Of a stretch of DNA of 64,000 bases, positions 28,605-38,545 are shown in pieces. The translations under genes and the position numbers were made by a program. Position 1 is the stretch's first letter; each line of letters begins with the position of its first letter. The notes under the pieces are model-generated. The model did not search any database. It worked only from the letters and a program-made list of their open reading frames with translations, and was not told the DNA's origin. Source of the DNA: Candidatus Omnitrophota bacterium (lineage in GTDB: Bacteria > Omnitrophota > Omnitrophia > Omnitrophales > JACROU01). Location: NCBI GenBank assembly GCA_016214265.1, contig JACROU010000034.1:5878-69877 (forward strand), given 5' to 3'.

Positions 28605-29942
28605 TCATTGAACTGGATGTTTGTCGACACCAATCGTGATATTCGCCTTCAGATAAACCGCATCATCCGTTCTTTCACCAGGAATTCCCGGATCCGAATG
28701 CGTGTACTGAAGAATGAAGCTGGCGAACTCGCTTTCCCACAACGTCACGTAAGGAGAAATCGCCAGCGACGGACGGCCACGGTCAAACGTTTCGAGCGGA
28801 TCAACCACATCAAGCCGGCAGCCTACGCTCCACAACGGGGACATGCGATAATCCACCAGCGTGTAAAAACCCCATGGTGTGGAATTCGCAACAACCAGCT
28901 TAGTGCGGTCTTCCAAATACCATTCGCTCTGAAATTTCAGCGTACGGCCTTCAGATAAATGCCGGATCAATGTGGCGTCCCAGCCCAAGACATGAACTCC
29001 GTAACGGCCCCCTCCTTTGGGACTTTGAACAAAAATTTCCGCACCTGTCGAATCGATCAGAGAACGCGGAATATTTTCATCGCCAAACATCGCGGTGCCG
29101 CCGAGTTCCAAATTCATCGAGTCCCCTAACTCAAAAAATGTTTTCAGGTGCGTATCAAAAATCGGACGCCGGGAAATGCCCGAAAAACTGCTACCGTTAT
29201 TGCCGCGAAGCAGCTCTCCGGAAATTTCCAGCGGAAGATCCCAGGGATTCGAAATTTGATTCGTTAATCGAATGCCCGAAGACGACAAGCCCTCCTCTGA
29301 GAAAAAGTCGCGAATCACAAGCGGATAGTCCACCGTCTCGAGCTGTTCCAGATGAAGCAGGTTCTGCTTGCCGATTTTCGCGCGGAATTTTCCGGCCTTC
29401 GCCGTAAACCCGAGAGGAAGGTCCCAGCGTGTGTAGTAGGCTTCTTCAATGTCAACGTTTTGATCTTCCAGCGCGTCGTTGAAACTGAGTGTGGCATCGA
29501 AACGTGAATATGGATCGACATAAGAACCAAAATTCAGCTCCAGCTCTTTCATCACGATCGTGTCATTTCCGTCCACGTCGTTCGTGTTGTTACGAGACAC
29601 ATTTCCCTGCACCACTCCAACCACACCAATGTCGGGATTGAATCCTTGAGACAGCCCGAAAAATCCGGGCGAGCTTTTCACCGGCTGTGGCTTGCGCGCG
29701 GCTTCAGCTCCCGTTGCAATCTGCCCGATTTTTCTTTCGAACTTATCTTCGAGAGAAATAATTTGTGACTGCTGGGAGCGAATCACTTCGTTTTGATTGT
29801 CCACCGTCGCCCGCAGCTTTTCGACAGACGTCTGCATTTTGATCAATTGATCTTGCAATGATTTCAAAACCTCTTCCTGGGCTTCCGCTCTACCAACGGA
29901 AAGAAGCAGAATGCAGGAGAGGGTCATAACCTGAATGCGCAT
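28605..29942 (-). CDS. outer-membrane porin-like beta-barrel with N-terminal coiled coil (paralog 2, linked to metal uptake genes)
   Basis: 445 aa; signal peptide, long coiled coil (LKSLQDQLIKMQTSVEKLRATVDNQNEVIRSQQSQIISLEDKFERKI), beta-barrel-like remainder. Confidence 0.5.
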   Translation of the reverse strand: MRIQVMTLSCILLLSVGRAEAQEEVLKSLQDQLIKMQTSVEKLRATVDNQNEVIRSQQSQIISLEDKFERKIGQIATGAEAARKPQPVKSSPGFFGLSQGFNPDIGVVGVVQGNVSRNNTNDVDGNDTIVMKELELNFGSYVDPYSRFDATLSFNDALEDQNVDIEEAYYTRWDLPLGFTAKAGKFRAKIGKQNLLHLEQLETVDYPLVIRDFFSEEGLSSSGIRLTNQISNPWDLPLEISGELLRGNNGSSFSGISRRPIFDTHLKTFFELGDSMNLELGGTAMFGDENIPRSLIDSTGAEIFVQSPKGGGRYGVHVLGWDATLIRHLSEGRTLKFQSEWYLEDRTKLVVANSTPWGFYTLVDYRMSPLWSVGCRLDVVDPLETFDRGRPSLAISPYVTLWESEFASFILQYTHSDPGIPGERTDDAVYLKANITIGVDKHPVQ

Positions 29943-29996
29943 AAAAAGACTCCTTACCTGAAATAAGTGTGATTGTGAACTTAATGTCGCAAAAGA

Positions 29997-30284
29997 CTAG
30001 GCAAGTACCGGAGGAGCCCGGTTCTTAAGATGAGAAATAAAGTCGAATAAACCTAATTTCTCGGAGGCAGGTACAGCAAACTTTTTGGAAGAAAAAAGAA
30101 GGCCGGCAATTATGGAAGCAAAAATCAACGAACCTGTAATTTGTTTGACAAAATGACAAACAGCACAATCGGAATGGTCGACACCATCATCGTGATGATG
30201 AAACAACACCGCACCGAATCCTGCCAGAAGAATTAGAGCAAGGAAAATAACGAGGAATTTGTGAGCACGGAAAAACATCATCAT
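29997..30284 (-). CDS. small two-TM membrane protein with His/Cys-rich loop (HHHDDGVDHSDCAVCH)
   Basis: 95 aa; TM1 - metal-binding-like loop - TM2; located between ars operon and Zn-uptake porin. Confidence 0.4.
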   Translation of the reverse strand: MMMFFRAHKFLVIFLALILLAGFGAVLFHHHDDGVDHSDCAVCHFVKQITGSLIFASIIAGLLFSSKKFAVPASEKLGLFDFISHLKNRAPPVLA

Positions 30285-30409
30285 AAAATGACTCCAAATT
30301 AAGACGGCAGTATATCACTACTGTCAAAACAAACCGGCCTACGCAATCACCTAGTCTGAACCGTCCAACAACCGGTCGCCCTAAACGTCCGGATGAGAAA
30401 CAGAAAAAC

Positions 30410-30835
30410 TCAGTCTTCGAACTTTCCTGTCTCTGCAGCCCTTTTGAACTTTTTGTGAATCAAATCCCGGACTTTCCGGAACGCGTCAACCACCCGTTCC
30501 GTAACTTCTTCTCCATGCGGAGGATCGGGAAATGACCAGTGGAGACGAACACAGTTTCCCGGAAAAACCGGGCAGGATTCTTTAGCGTTATCGCAGACAG
30601 TGATTACATAGTCAAAATTCTGACCAGCAAATTCACTGACGTTTTTCGAGCGCTGATGGGAAATGTCGATGCCGATTTCCCGCATCACCTGAATCGCGGT
30701 TTTATTGACGGTTGACGGCCACATTCCCGCGCTCGCAACTTCGTAGGACTCCGCGCCGTAATGCCGGAGAATGCCTTCTGCCATCTGGGAACGGCACGAA
30801 TTCCCGGTGCAGAGAATTAAAATTTTTTTCTTCAT
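30410..30835 (-). CDS. arsC: arsenate reductase ArsC (LMW-PTP / thioredoxin-coupled type)
   Basis: 141 aa; CTGNSCRS P-loop (CX5R) and downstream Cys residues. Confidence 0.8.
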   Translation of the reverse strand: MKKKILILCTGNSCRSQMAEGILRHYGAESYEVASAGMWPSTVNKTAIQVMREIGIDISHQRSKNVSEFAGQNFDYVITVCDNAKESCPVFPGNCVRLHWSFPDPPHGEEVTERVVDAFRKVRDLIHKKFKRAAETGKFED

Positions 30836-31887
30836 CGCATCACCGCATGCTCCGTTTCAACGAAATATTTCTTCTGGAAAAAAAGCGCCGCGTTCACAAG
30901 AAGAATCAGCACCGGCACCTCAACCAAAGGCCCAATCACCGCGGCGAAGGCGGCTCCTGAATTGATCCCAAACACCGCGGCCGCCACCGCGATGGCCAAC
31001 TCAAAATTGTTGCTGGCCGCGGTAAACGAAAGCGTCGCTGTCTTCGCGTAACCCGCACCAAACCTTTTGCCCATATAAAATGAGACCCAAAACATCAGCA
31101 AGAAATAAATCAAAAGTGGAATCGCAATTCTCACCACATCCATCGGAATCCGGACGATGAAGCCCCCTTTCAAGGAGAACATCACCACAATCGTGAACAA
31201 AAGCGCAATCAAAGTCAGAGGACTGATCTTGGGGATAAACCTTGTCTCGTACCACTCCCGGCCCTTAATCTTCAGGCAGAAAAACCGGGTGACGATTCCC
31301 GCGATGAATGGAATGCCGAGATAAATAAAAACGCTTTTCGCGATTTGAGCAATGGTAATCGTGACGGCAGCACCCTGAAGTCCAAACCAGGTCGGAATCA
31401 CCGTAATAAAAACCCAGGCGTAAAGGGCATAAAACAGAACCTGAAAAATTGAATTAAACGCGACCAAACCCGCACAATATTCGGTATCGCCTTGCGCGAG
31501 GTCATTCCAAACGATAACCATCGCAATGCATCGGGCAAGGCCAATCATGATGAGGCCCGTCATGTACGCGGGATAATCTCTCAAAAAAAGAATGGCCAGC
31601 GCAAACATAAGGACCGGACCGATAATCCAGTTTTGTACTAAAGAGAGCGTAAGAATTTTGACATTACGAAAAACATCGCCCATTTCCTCGTACCGGACTT
31701 TGGCCAGAGGCGGATACATCATCACAATCAATCCGATCGCGATGGGAATGTTGGTGGTTCCCACTTGGAACCGGTTCCAGAAATTGACAATTTGCGGACA
31801 GAGGTATCCCAGAGTGACGCCGGCGAACATGCCTAGAAAAATCCAGAGCGTTAAATATCTGTCTAAAAAGGAAAGCTTTTTCATCAC
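30832..31887 (-). CDS. acr3: arsenite efflux transporter ACR3 family
   Basis: 351 aa, ~10 TM, ACR3-like motifs; 4-nt overlap with arsC. Confidence 0.8.
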   Translation of the reverse strand: MMKKLSFLDRYLTLWIFLGMFAGVTLGYLCPQIVNFWNRFQVGTTNIPIAIGLIVMMYPPLAKVRYEEMGDVFRNVKILTLSLVQNWIIGPVLMFALAILFLRDYPAYMTGLIMIGLARCIAMVIVWNDLAQGDTEYCAGLVAFNSIFQVLFYALYAWVFITVIPTWFGLQGAAVTITIAQIAKSVFIYLGIPFIAGIVTRFFCLKIKGREWYETRFIPKISPLTLIALLFTIVVMFSLKGGFIVRIPMDVVRIAIPLLIYFLLMFWVSFYMGKRFGAGYAKTATLSFTAASNNFELAIAVAAAVFGINSGAAFAAVIGPLVEVPVLILLVNAALFFQKKYFVETEHAVMR

Positions 31888-32189
31888 TCCCCTCTCTCAT
31901 TCAAAAATTTACAACAGCCGCCTTCAACCTTGATCGCTTTGAGATTTACCAACGCATCACCGATCTTTTTGTGAGCAGATGCCAGAATCCTGGAAATGGT
32001 CGAGCGATGAACTTTCATTTTCTCCGCTACTTTATCCTGACGAAGTCCTTCCAAATCCGCAAGTCTTACCGCTTCAATTTCATCCAAGGACAGAACAATC
32101 CCGTCCATATCACGTAAAGATTTTCCTGCAGGTCGAAAACAACGTTCTTGAGGCAGGCATCGAACCCACCGTGTTTTTTTAGGTCTCAT
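31884..32189 (-). CDS. DUF134 (UPF0251) predicted DNA-binding protein at head of ars operon
   Basis: 101 aa; [20 protein letters not shown]... N-terminus and [38 protein letters not shown] match DUF134; C-terminal GGCC. Confidence 0.6.
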   Translation of the reverse strand: MRPKKTRWVRCLPQERCFRPAGKSLRDMDGIVLSLDEIEAVRLADLEGLRQDKVAEKMKVHRSTISRILASAHKKIGDALVNLKAIKVEGGCCKFLNERGE

Positions 32190-32201
32190 ATGCCCTCGAG
32201 G

Positions 32202-32221
32202 TTATGCACATTTGTGCATAA
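32202..32221. promoter_or_regulatory. perfect 9-2-9 inverted repeat TTATGCACA-TT-TGTGCATAA, 13-32 nt upstream of the DUF134 start codon: candidate operator
   Basis: Read directly from sequence; reverse complement of the left arm equals the right arm. Confidence 0.5.
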
Positions 32222-32469
32222 TAAACCTTCTTAATGTCAGTGTCTATACTTGATTCACTAAGCGTCTTGATTAGACAATACTTGCAATCACGCAGGTAAA
32301 ATTAGGCACATGAGGCCCAAGCCCACTGAAAATTATCTCGCAAATTCTGGTCGGAACTTCTTCATGCGTTCCTCCCCCGCAAGAATATTCAAAATAATTT
32401 CATAATCATCAGCCGGAACGTCCTGTCCCACAGAACAGCCGCCCAATTACACTAATCACAGAGAATTTA

Positions 32470-32793
32470 TCAGAATTCATAAACAATCTCGAGCCGCTTC
32501 AGATAGTGTGTTAGCTCGTTCACACATTGAGCAACCCCATTCGTGTCCTGAGACTTGGCTTGTACTTCCATGCGATCTCCAATTTCTGAAATAAAGTCAA
32601 ACCCATATCCGCCACCGGAACCCTTCAGGATGTGGGCCAGTTGTTGAATAACTTCAAAATTTTTCCGGTCAAGCGCATCGCGAATCAATCTAATGTCATT
32701 TAATCTGTGCTCCAAATATCCAGGAACCAGTGGTTTCAGTTCCCCCTCTACTCTAACCAATATTTTTTGCTCCGAATTTGTAATCATGTTCAC
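32470..32793 (-). CDS. Hpt (histidine phosphotransfer) domain protein
   Basis: 107 aa; HxxKG motif (LAHILKGSGGGYGF). Confidence 0.65.
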   Translation of the reverse strand: MNMITNSEQKILVRVEGELKPLVPGYLEHRLNDIRLIRDALDRKNFEVIQQLAHILKGSGGGYGFDFISEIGDRMEVQAKSQDTNGVAQCVNELTHYLKRLEIVYEF

Positions 32794-34789
32794 TAATTTC
32801 CTTCTTTCCGTCCTCCCTGGACTGCATTTGTTCTTGGATTACATCAAGCAGCCGCTGTTTCTTGATTGGTTTAGTGATATAAGCCGTAAATCCCGCATCG
32901 ATACTTTTCTGAACTTCTTCCTTTAAGGCTCGCGCTGTCAAAGCGACGATCGGAACTGAATCTCGCCCCTGTTCTTTTTCCCAATTTCGAACCGCGTGGG
33001 TTGCGGCATAACCATCCATCACAGGCATTTGAATATCCATCAAAACGATGTCGTAGTGATCGGATTGAATTTTCTCAACGGCTTCTCGGCCATCACAGGC
33101 AAAATCCAGTCTCCAAGAAGTACCTTTTAAATAGGCCTGAATTAATATCTGATTATCCTGAACGTCTTCGGCCAATAGAATGTGAAGGGGCTGGACAAAA
33201 TTATTTTGCGGGACGGTTTCCTTAAATTCGGGGCCTTGAACCTTATCCTCACGCTTAGCTAACGTTGATGTGATCATATTAAATAAGTCCATTTTCCTTA
33301 TGGGCTTCAACAAATAGCCGCTTACTCCAAGCTTCTGAGCCCGGGCTATATCTCCATAACGTGCATCAGAGGTCAGCATCAAGATAGTTATCCGCTCGCA
33401 ATGGGACTCTTTCTTAATTTCTTCAATTAATTGAAATCCATCCATGTTGGGCATTCGACAATCAAGTAACAATAATTGATAGGGGTGATTCGCGGCGATG
33501 CTCCGCTTTAGTTCACTAATAGCGGCTTCACCACTCGCCGCCTGAGTTACTTGCGCTTCCCAAGATTCCAGAATGCGGTTAAGTATCAGCCGATTAGTTG
33601 CATTATCATCCACCAAAAGAACGCTTAGCCCCTTCAAACTGCTGATCGAACTTGTCTCTTGTATTGATCCTCCCTTTTGAATTTCGAACGGGAGCGTTAC
33701 ACAAAATGTGGTTCCCTGCCCCAATTGGCTTGTGACTTCAATTCCACCGCCCATCCGCTCCGCAAGTTTCTTTGATATCGTAAGCCCGAGACCGGTTCCA
33801 CCGTACTTTCGAGTCGTGGAAGCATCTGCTTGTGTAAAAGGATCAAAAATTTGCTTCAACTTCTCATTTGGAATTCCGATACCGGTATCTTTTACGGAAA
33901 ATAGAAGACGGCATTGATCCTCTGTCTTTTCGGCGGATGTTACTTCAAGCACTACCTCTCCTTTTTCGGTAAACTTTAAAGCATTGCCGATCAGATTGAC
34001 CAAAACCTGCTTCAATCGATTTGAATCTCCCATGAGTTTAGTTGGTACTTCAGGCAGTATCTGAAAAGCCAGCTCCAGCCCCTTCGCATGGGCACGATAA
34101 GCCACCAATTCCATGACCTGCTCGCACAACTCTTCAAGATTAAACCAGGCCTTCTCAAGCTCCAGATTTCCAGACTCTACTTTGGAAAGATCAAGAATAT
34201 TGTTAATTAAATTCAAAAGCGTTTCCCCGCCGTTTTTCAAAATCCGAACATACTCTCGCTGTTCAACGCTAAGGGGCGATTCTTCCAGAAGGTCCGTCAT
34301 TCCAATTACGGCATTCATCGGTGTGCGAATCTCATGGCTCATTGTAGCCAGAAACTCTGATTTTGCCCGAGACAGTTCCAAAGCAATATCTCGATCCTGA
34401 CGGAGCTGGCTTTTCTCAAAAGCCTTTTCAACTATCACAAGAATTTCACTTAATTCATAGGGTTTTTGAAGCAAATCATACGCCCCCTTTTTCATTGCCA
34501 TAACGACATTTTCAACGCGGGCATAGCCTGTTACTACGATAAATTCCAGATAAGGATAGATTTTCTTCGCAGCTTCCAGCAATTCCAAACCATCCATCTT
34601 GGGCATTTTGATATCAGTAATGACTACTTGGAAATTTCCATTTTTTATCTTTTCGAGAGCGTCTTCACCATCACAAGCGAAGGAGGCCTGGTACCCCTCT
34701 TCCTGTAATTCATAGACAAGAAAATCTCTCATTCCCGGCTCATCATCAACAACAAGAATCCTTTTATGGTTTTGGTCTTTTAATGTCAT
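32753..34789 (-). CDS. hybrid sensor histidine kinase: REC-HisKA-HATPase_c-REC-REC
   Basis: 678 aa; three receiver domains (ILVVDDEPGM...; VLLVDDNATNR...; ILLAEDVQDNQ...), H-box SHEIRTPMNAV, G-box GGTGLGLTISK. Confidence 0.8.
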   Translation of the reverse strand: MTLKDQNHKRILVVDDEPGMRDFLVYELQEEGYQASFACDGEDALEKIKNGNFQVVITDIKMPKMDGLELLEAAKKIYPYLEFIVVTGYARVENVVMAMKKGAYDLLQKPYELSEILVIVEKAFEKSQLRQDRDIALELSRAKSEFLATMSHEIRTPMNAVIGMTDLLEESPLSVEQREYVRILKNGGETLLNLINNILDLSKVESGNLELEKAWFNLEELCEQVMELVAYRAHAKGLELAFQILPEVPTKLMGDSNRLKQVLVNLIGNALKFTEKGEVVLEVTSAEKTEDQCRLLFSVKDTGIGIPNEKLKQIFDPFTQADASTTRKYGGTGLGLTISKKLAERMGGGIEVTSQLGQGTTFCVTLPFEIQKGGSIQETSSISSLKGLSVLLVDDNATNRLILNRILESWEAQVTQAASGEAAISELKRSIAANHPYQLLLLDCRMPNMDGFQLIEEIKKESHCERITILMLTSDARYGDIARAQKLGVSGYLLKPIRKMDLFNMITSTLAKREDKVQGPEFKETVPQNNFVQPLHILLAEDVQDNQILIQAYLKGTSWRLDFACDGREAVEKIQSDHYDIVLMDIQMPVMDGYAATHAVRNWEKEQGRDSVPIVALTARALKEEVQKSIDAGFTAYITKPIKKQRLLDVIQEQMQSREDGKKEISEHDYKFGAKNIG

Positions 34790-35387
34790 CTGACTTCACC
34801 TTCTTCTTTGTTGAGATCCCCAAATGAAATGCCACTCTTTCTTTAAGCTCTTCAAGATCAAAAGGCTTTCCAACATAATCATTTGCACCCAAATCTAAAA
34901 CTCTCTTTTTAACCTCCGGCGCCAACAGAGCACTCATAGCAATAATTTTCGTCCCGCTAAATTCTGAATGTGCTCTCACGAATTCCAAAACGTGAAAACC
35001 GTCAAGTCCAGGCATCATCAGATCAAGGATAACGAGATGAGGACGAAATTCATGAATTTGCCAGCCTGCATGGAAACCATCCCTCGTTTCTTCAATCAAT
35101 ATATCTGAAAATTCTTCCTCCAAATTCCATCGAATCATGTGGGAAAATTCTTCCTCATCATCGACAATCAGCATCCTCGGTTTTTCTTGATCCGCAAACT
35201 CTGCAGGAACAGATATTCGTAATGTTTTAAGAAATACGATGAGGTCTTTCACTTCGACCCGATGATGGCCTCCTGCGGTCAATGACGCTTGCAATTTCCC
35301 TTCCTTAATCCAACGGAATACGCTGCCTGGAGATACGTGGCAGAATTTCGCAACTTCAAAGGTTCCAAGATATCTCTCCATTTCCAT
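34764..35387 (-). CDS. response regulator with N-terminal excisionase/MerR-like HTH and C-terminal receiver (reversed domain order)
   Basis: 207 aa; N-terminal YLGTFEVAKFCHVSPGSVFRWIKEGKL (HTH_17-like) then MLIVDDEEE...ILDLMMPGLDG receiver. Confidence 0.6.
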   Translation of the reverse strand: MEMERYLGTFEVAKFCHVSPGSVFRWIKEGKLQASLTAGGHHRVEVKDLIVFLKTLRISVPAEFADQEKPRMLIVDDEEEFSHMIRWNLEEEFSDILIEETRDGFHAGWQIHEFRPHLVILDLMMPGLDGFHVLEFVRAHSEFSGTKIIAMSALLAPEVKKRVLDLGANDYVGKPFDLEELKERVAFHLGISTKKKVKSDDIKRPKP

Positions 35388-35484
35388 TCTCCATCCTGTT
35401 TATCATCTATAGCATGTTTAACACGTTTGAATGGTTTGAATATTAAGGAGAGATTAAGAAGTGTTAATCTTCGGGAAATATTTG

Positions 35485-35874
35485 TTAGCTTCGTGCGGCT
35501 GATGGGGGAATTGCGTCTAAAGCCTGGCTAACCGTTTTAATAAGCTCGTCCATGTAAAAAGGCTTTTTGAGACAGCTCAGACTGTGACGATAAGCTTCCT
35601 CAAGCCTGCCTTCAACAGCGTAGCCTGTAATAAAGATCACTTTTTGGTCAGGATTTTCTTTATGAAAAGTTTCTATCATTTGCACACCGTCCATATGCGG
35701 CATGCGAATATCCGTTATTACAAGATCAAAGCTCTGTTCATGCAATATTTTGAGTCCCTGGCCGGCATCTGAAGCAGTAACTACTTCATAGCCCTGGCCA
35801 CTCAACTCAAAAGCCAGCAAATCGCACCAGCCCGGCTCATCATCAACAACAAGAATTTTTATTTTTTTCAACAT
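35485..35874 (-). CDS. single-domain CheY-like response regulator
   Basis: 129 aa; ILVVDDEPG...DLVITDIRMPHMDG...KPF. Confidence 0.75.
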   Translation of the reverse strand: MLKKIKILVVDDEPGWCDLLAFELSGQGYEVVTASDAGQGLKILHEQSFDLVITDIRMPHMDGVQMIETFHKENPDQKVIFITGYAVEGRLEEAYRHSLSCLKKPFYMDELIKTVSQALDAIPPSAARS

Positions 35875-35879
35875 AGTTT

Positions 35880-36269
35880 TTATAGTGAAGTTGGAAGTGG
35901 CCCCAGTACTTTTTCAAGCGCCAGTTGGATATCAACGAGATCAACCGGCTTATAAAGACACGAAACGGCCCCTTCTTTTAAAACGCGGCTCTCGAAAATT
36001 TTTTCTGGATCAGGGAGACTGGAAAACATGATAACTTTCTGAGAAGGACGAATTTGTTTGATCTTTGCTAAAGCTTCATGACCTGACATAACAGGCATAT
36101 GCGTGTCCATTAAAACCACATCATATTCCTTTATCTCAATCTTTTTGACCGCTTCCAGGCCGTTCTCGACGGATTCCAGTTCAAACCCCAATGGCTCAAG
36201 AAGAAAAGCATACATATGCAACAAGCCCTCTTCGTCATCAACAACCAGTATCGTTTTGTGAAATTTCAT
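35880..36269 (-). CDS. single-domain CheY-like response regulator
   Basis: 129 aa; ILVVDDEEG...DVVLMDTHMPVMSG...KPV. Confidence 0.75.
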   Translation of the reverse strand: MKFHKTILVVDDEEGLLHMYAFLLEPLGFELESVENGLEAVKKIEIKEYDVVLMDTHMPVMSGHEALAKIKQIRPSQKVIMFSSLPDPEKIFESRVLKEGAVSCLYKPVDLVDIQLALEKVLGPLPTSL

Positions 36270-38545
36270 ATTGCCACAATTGGCAAAAGCACCTGAAAAA
36301 CAGTACCTTTTCCAACCTCGCTCTGAACATCAATTCTGCCGCCATGCCGCTCGATAATTTCGTGCACGAGTGAAAGCCCAAGCCCCGTTCCTTTTCCAAC
36401 TTCTTTTGTCGTAAAAAATGGGTTGAAGATTTCAGGCAAAACAGCTGGGGGAATTCCCGCTCCGTTATCCTCAACATCTATTGCAATCCAATTATTTCCC
36501 TGAAATAAAACTTTTCTGGTCGAAACGATAACTTTACCACCCTGCGGCATCGCATCAATCGCATTGTTACACAAATTAATCATAACCTGCTGAATTTGAT
36601 TTTGATTCGCCACGATCTTTGGAATCGTCTCGTCCAATCTTTTTTCGATTAGCACATTCGTCACTCTTCCCTGAGGAAAAATCAACGTAAGCGCCCCGTC
36701 AATTGCTTGATTTAGATTAATTTCATCTTTTCCGGTTTTTTCTACTCTTGAAAATGTGAGGAGGCTCTGCACAAGCGTCTTGCACCTGAGCGCTTCCCGT
36801 TCAATTGACTTCAAGGGCATTTCCAGGGGGTCTTTTGGCTGCATCCGCTTGACCAATCCTTGAGAAAATCCCAAAATGATTCCCAGAGGATTATTAATTT
36901 CATGGGCAACACCGGCAGCAAGCTGTCCAACAGCAGACATTTTTTCTGATTGCAACAACATATTTTCCAGCTTCTGTTTTTCAGTAACGTCTCGCAAAAC
37001 AGCAGTAAAAATCAATTTACCTTCCACGATAGTCTTGGAAATAGTTATTTCACAAGGAAATTCTTCTCCACTTTTCCTAAGACCAAATAGCGCCCCGTGA
37101 TGCTCACCTATCATTCGAAAAGAAACTTCGCCCTCACCAAATTGCTTTACATGCAGACGGTGTTTCTCTCGAAACCGCTCCGGCATAAGCATCTCAAGCG
37201 GCTGTCCAAGCACTTCTTCATTTTTATATCGAAAAATTCTTTCTGCTTGGTTATTAAAAAGTATAATTTTCTGATTCTCATCAACGGAAATAATCGCATC
37301 ACTGGCCGAGTCTAAAATATTCTGTAAGCGTGACCGTGATGAGGAGAGTTGCCCTACATAATCCTGAACTTTCTCTGTCATATTATTAAAGGCATGCCCC
37401 AGATCTTCGACTTCATCCTTCGACTCAACATTCACCCTTTTTGAAAAATTCCCATGGCCGATTTCTTGAGCAGTCTCAGTTAGTTCACGCAATGGGCGGG
37501 TGATTCTCCTTGCAAATACCATTCCAATGAAAGCAACAAAGATCGACACAAGTATGGAGAAACCCGCCAATTGATAGGCCAAGTTTTTGACTGATGCAAA
37601 CGCTTCACGCGATCTCACAAAAACAAAAACGCTCCAACCAGTTCCCTTAAACTCCCGGAACCCCTGAGAGCCGCAATAGCCAATAAGCCATTTCTCACCC
37701 TTGAGATCCCTTTCAATCGCAAAACCCGATTTTCCTTGCAAAGCTAAATCAATCGATTTCATCCCCAGGGAATGAAGATTGTATTTAAACAGATATTCGG
37801 GATCACTCATAGTTCCCGTTCCAGCAATTAGTTTTCCTTCGCGATCTGTTAATACCGCGTAGGAGGACGCCCCCTCTCCGGAAATCCGCACATCGTTCGC
37901 AATATCAAAAATCTCACTCCAGTTTAAATGAAATGACAACAAACCAATAATTTTATCGGGGTCTGCATGATTGAAAATGGGGAATACAATTTCCAATGTA
38001 TCCGCTTCAAGGGGTTTGAAATATTTGAAACTATAATTAATTGTGTTCTTTTGCTTTAATGCGTTCTGAAACGAAACCTTATCCTCCGCTTCCCAGCCGA
38101 TAAATTCCGGCAAACTTGAAGCAATCACTTTTCCATGGACATCATAACAAAGGATCGCACCAAAAATTCCGTGTGTTGTTGCAATATTTTCAAGGGCTTT
38201 AGAAATAGCACCGTGCGGATCATTTTCAAGGACGGCCTGCATAAGATCCGATCTGCTCCATGTTTCGGCTAATTTATTGACGATAAAAATCAGCCGGTCG
38301 ATTTCATCCATCGTGTGATACGACAAATCAGCCAATTTTTTCCCAATCGAGATTTTCAAAACGGATCCCGATTTATAAAAAGAAAGTACAGTACCGCACA
38401 ATGAAGTGGATAGTATGCTAATGACTAGAATCAGAATGAATTTTTGAGCCAGACGCAGTCGAATCGAGCTAAGAATAGAGCTTACCCTGCGTCCGAAAGG
38501 ATAATTATTCAAGCTCATATCCTTCTTCGCCGGGCAATTTGCCAT
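36266..38545 (-). CDS. sensor histidine kinase with periplasmic Cache-like sensor, HAMP, PAS, HisKA, HATPase_c
   Basis: 759 aa; TM - ~280 aa extracytoplasmic domain - TM - HAMP - PAS - HEINNPL H-box - GTGLGLSLVHEI G-box. Confidence 0.8.
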   Translation of the reverse strand: MANCPAKKDMSLNNYPFGRRVSSILSSIRLRLAQKFILILVISILSTSLCGTVLSFYKSGSVLKISIGKKLADLSYHTMDEIDRLIFIVNKLAETWSRSDLMQAVLENDPHGAISKALENIATTHGIFGAILCYDVHGKVIASSLPEFIGWEAEDKVSFQNALKQKNTINYSFKYFKPLEADTLEIVFPIFNHADPDKIIGLLSFHLNWSEIFDIANDVRISGEGASSYAVLTDREGKLIAGTGTMSDPEYLFKYNLHSLGMKSIDLALQGKSGFAIERDLKGEKWLIGYCGSQGFREFKGTGWSVFVFVRSREAFASVKNLAYQLAGFSILVSIFVAFIGMVFARRITRPLRELTETAQEIGHGNFSKRVNVESKDEVEDLGHAFNNMTEKVQDYVGQLSSSRSRLQNILDSASDAIISVDENQKIILFNNQAERIFRYKNEEVLGQPLEMLMPERFREKHRLHVKQFGEGEVSFRMIGEHHGALFGLRKSGEEFPCEITISKTIVEGKLIFTAVLRDVTEKQKLENMLLQSEKMSAVGQLAAGVAHEINNPLGIILGFSQGLVKRMQPKDPLEMPLKSIEREALRCKTLVQSLLTFSRVEKTGKDEINLNQAIDGALTLIFPQGRVTNVLIEKRLDETIPKIVANQNQIQQVMINLCNNAIDAMPQGGKVIVSTRKVLFQGNNWIAIDVEDNGAGIPPAVLPEIFNPFFTTKEVGKGTGLGLSLVHEIIERHGGRIDVQSEVGKGTVFQVLLPIVAI

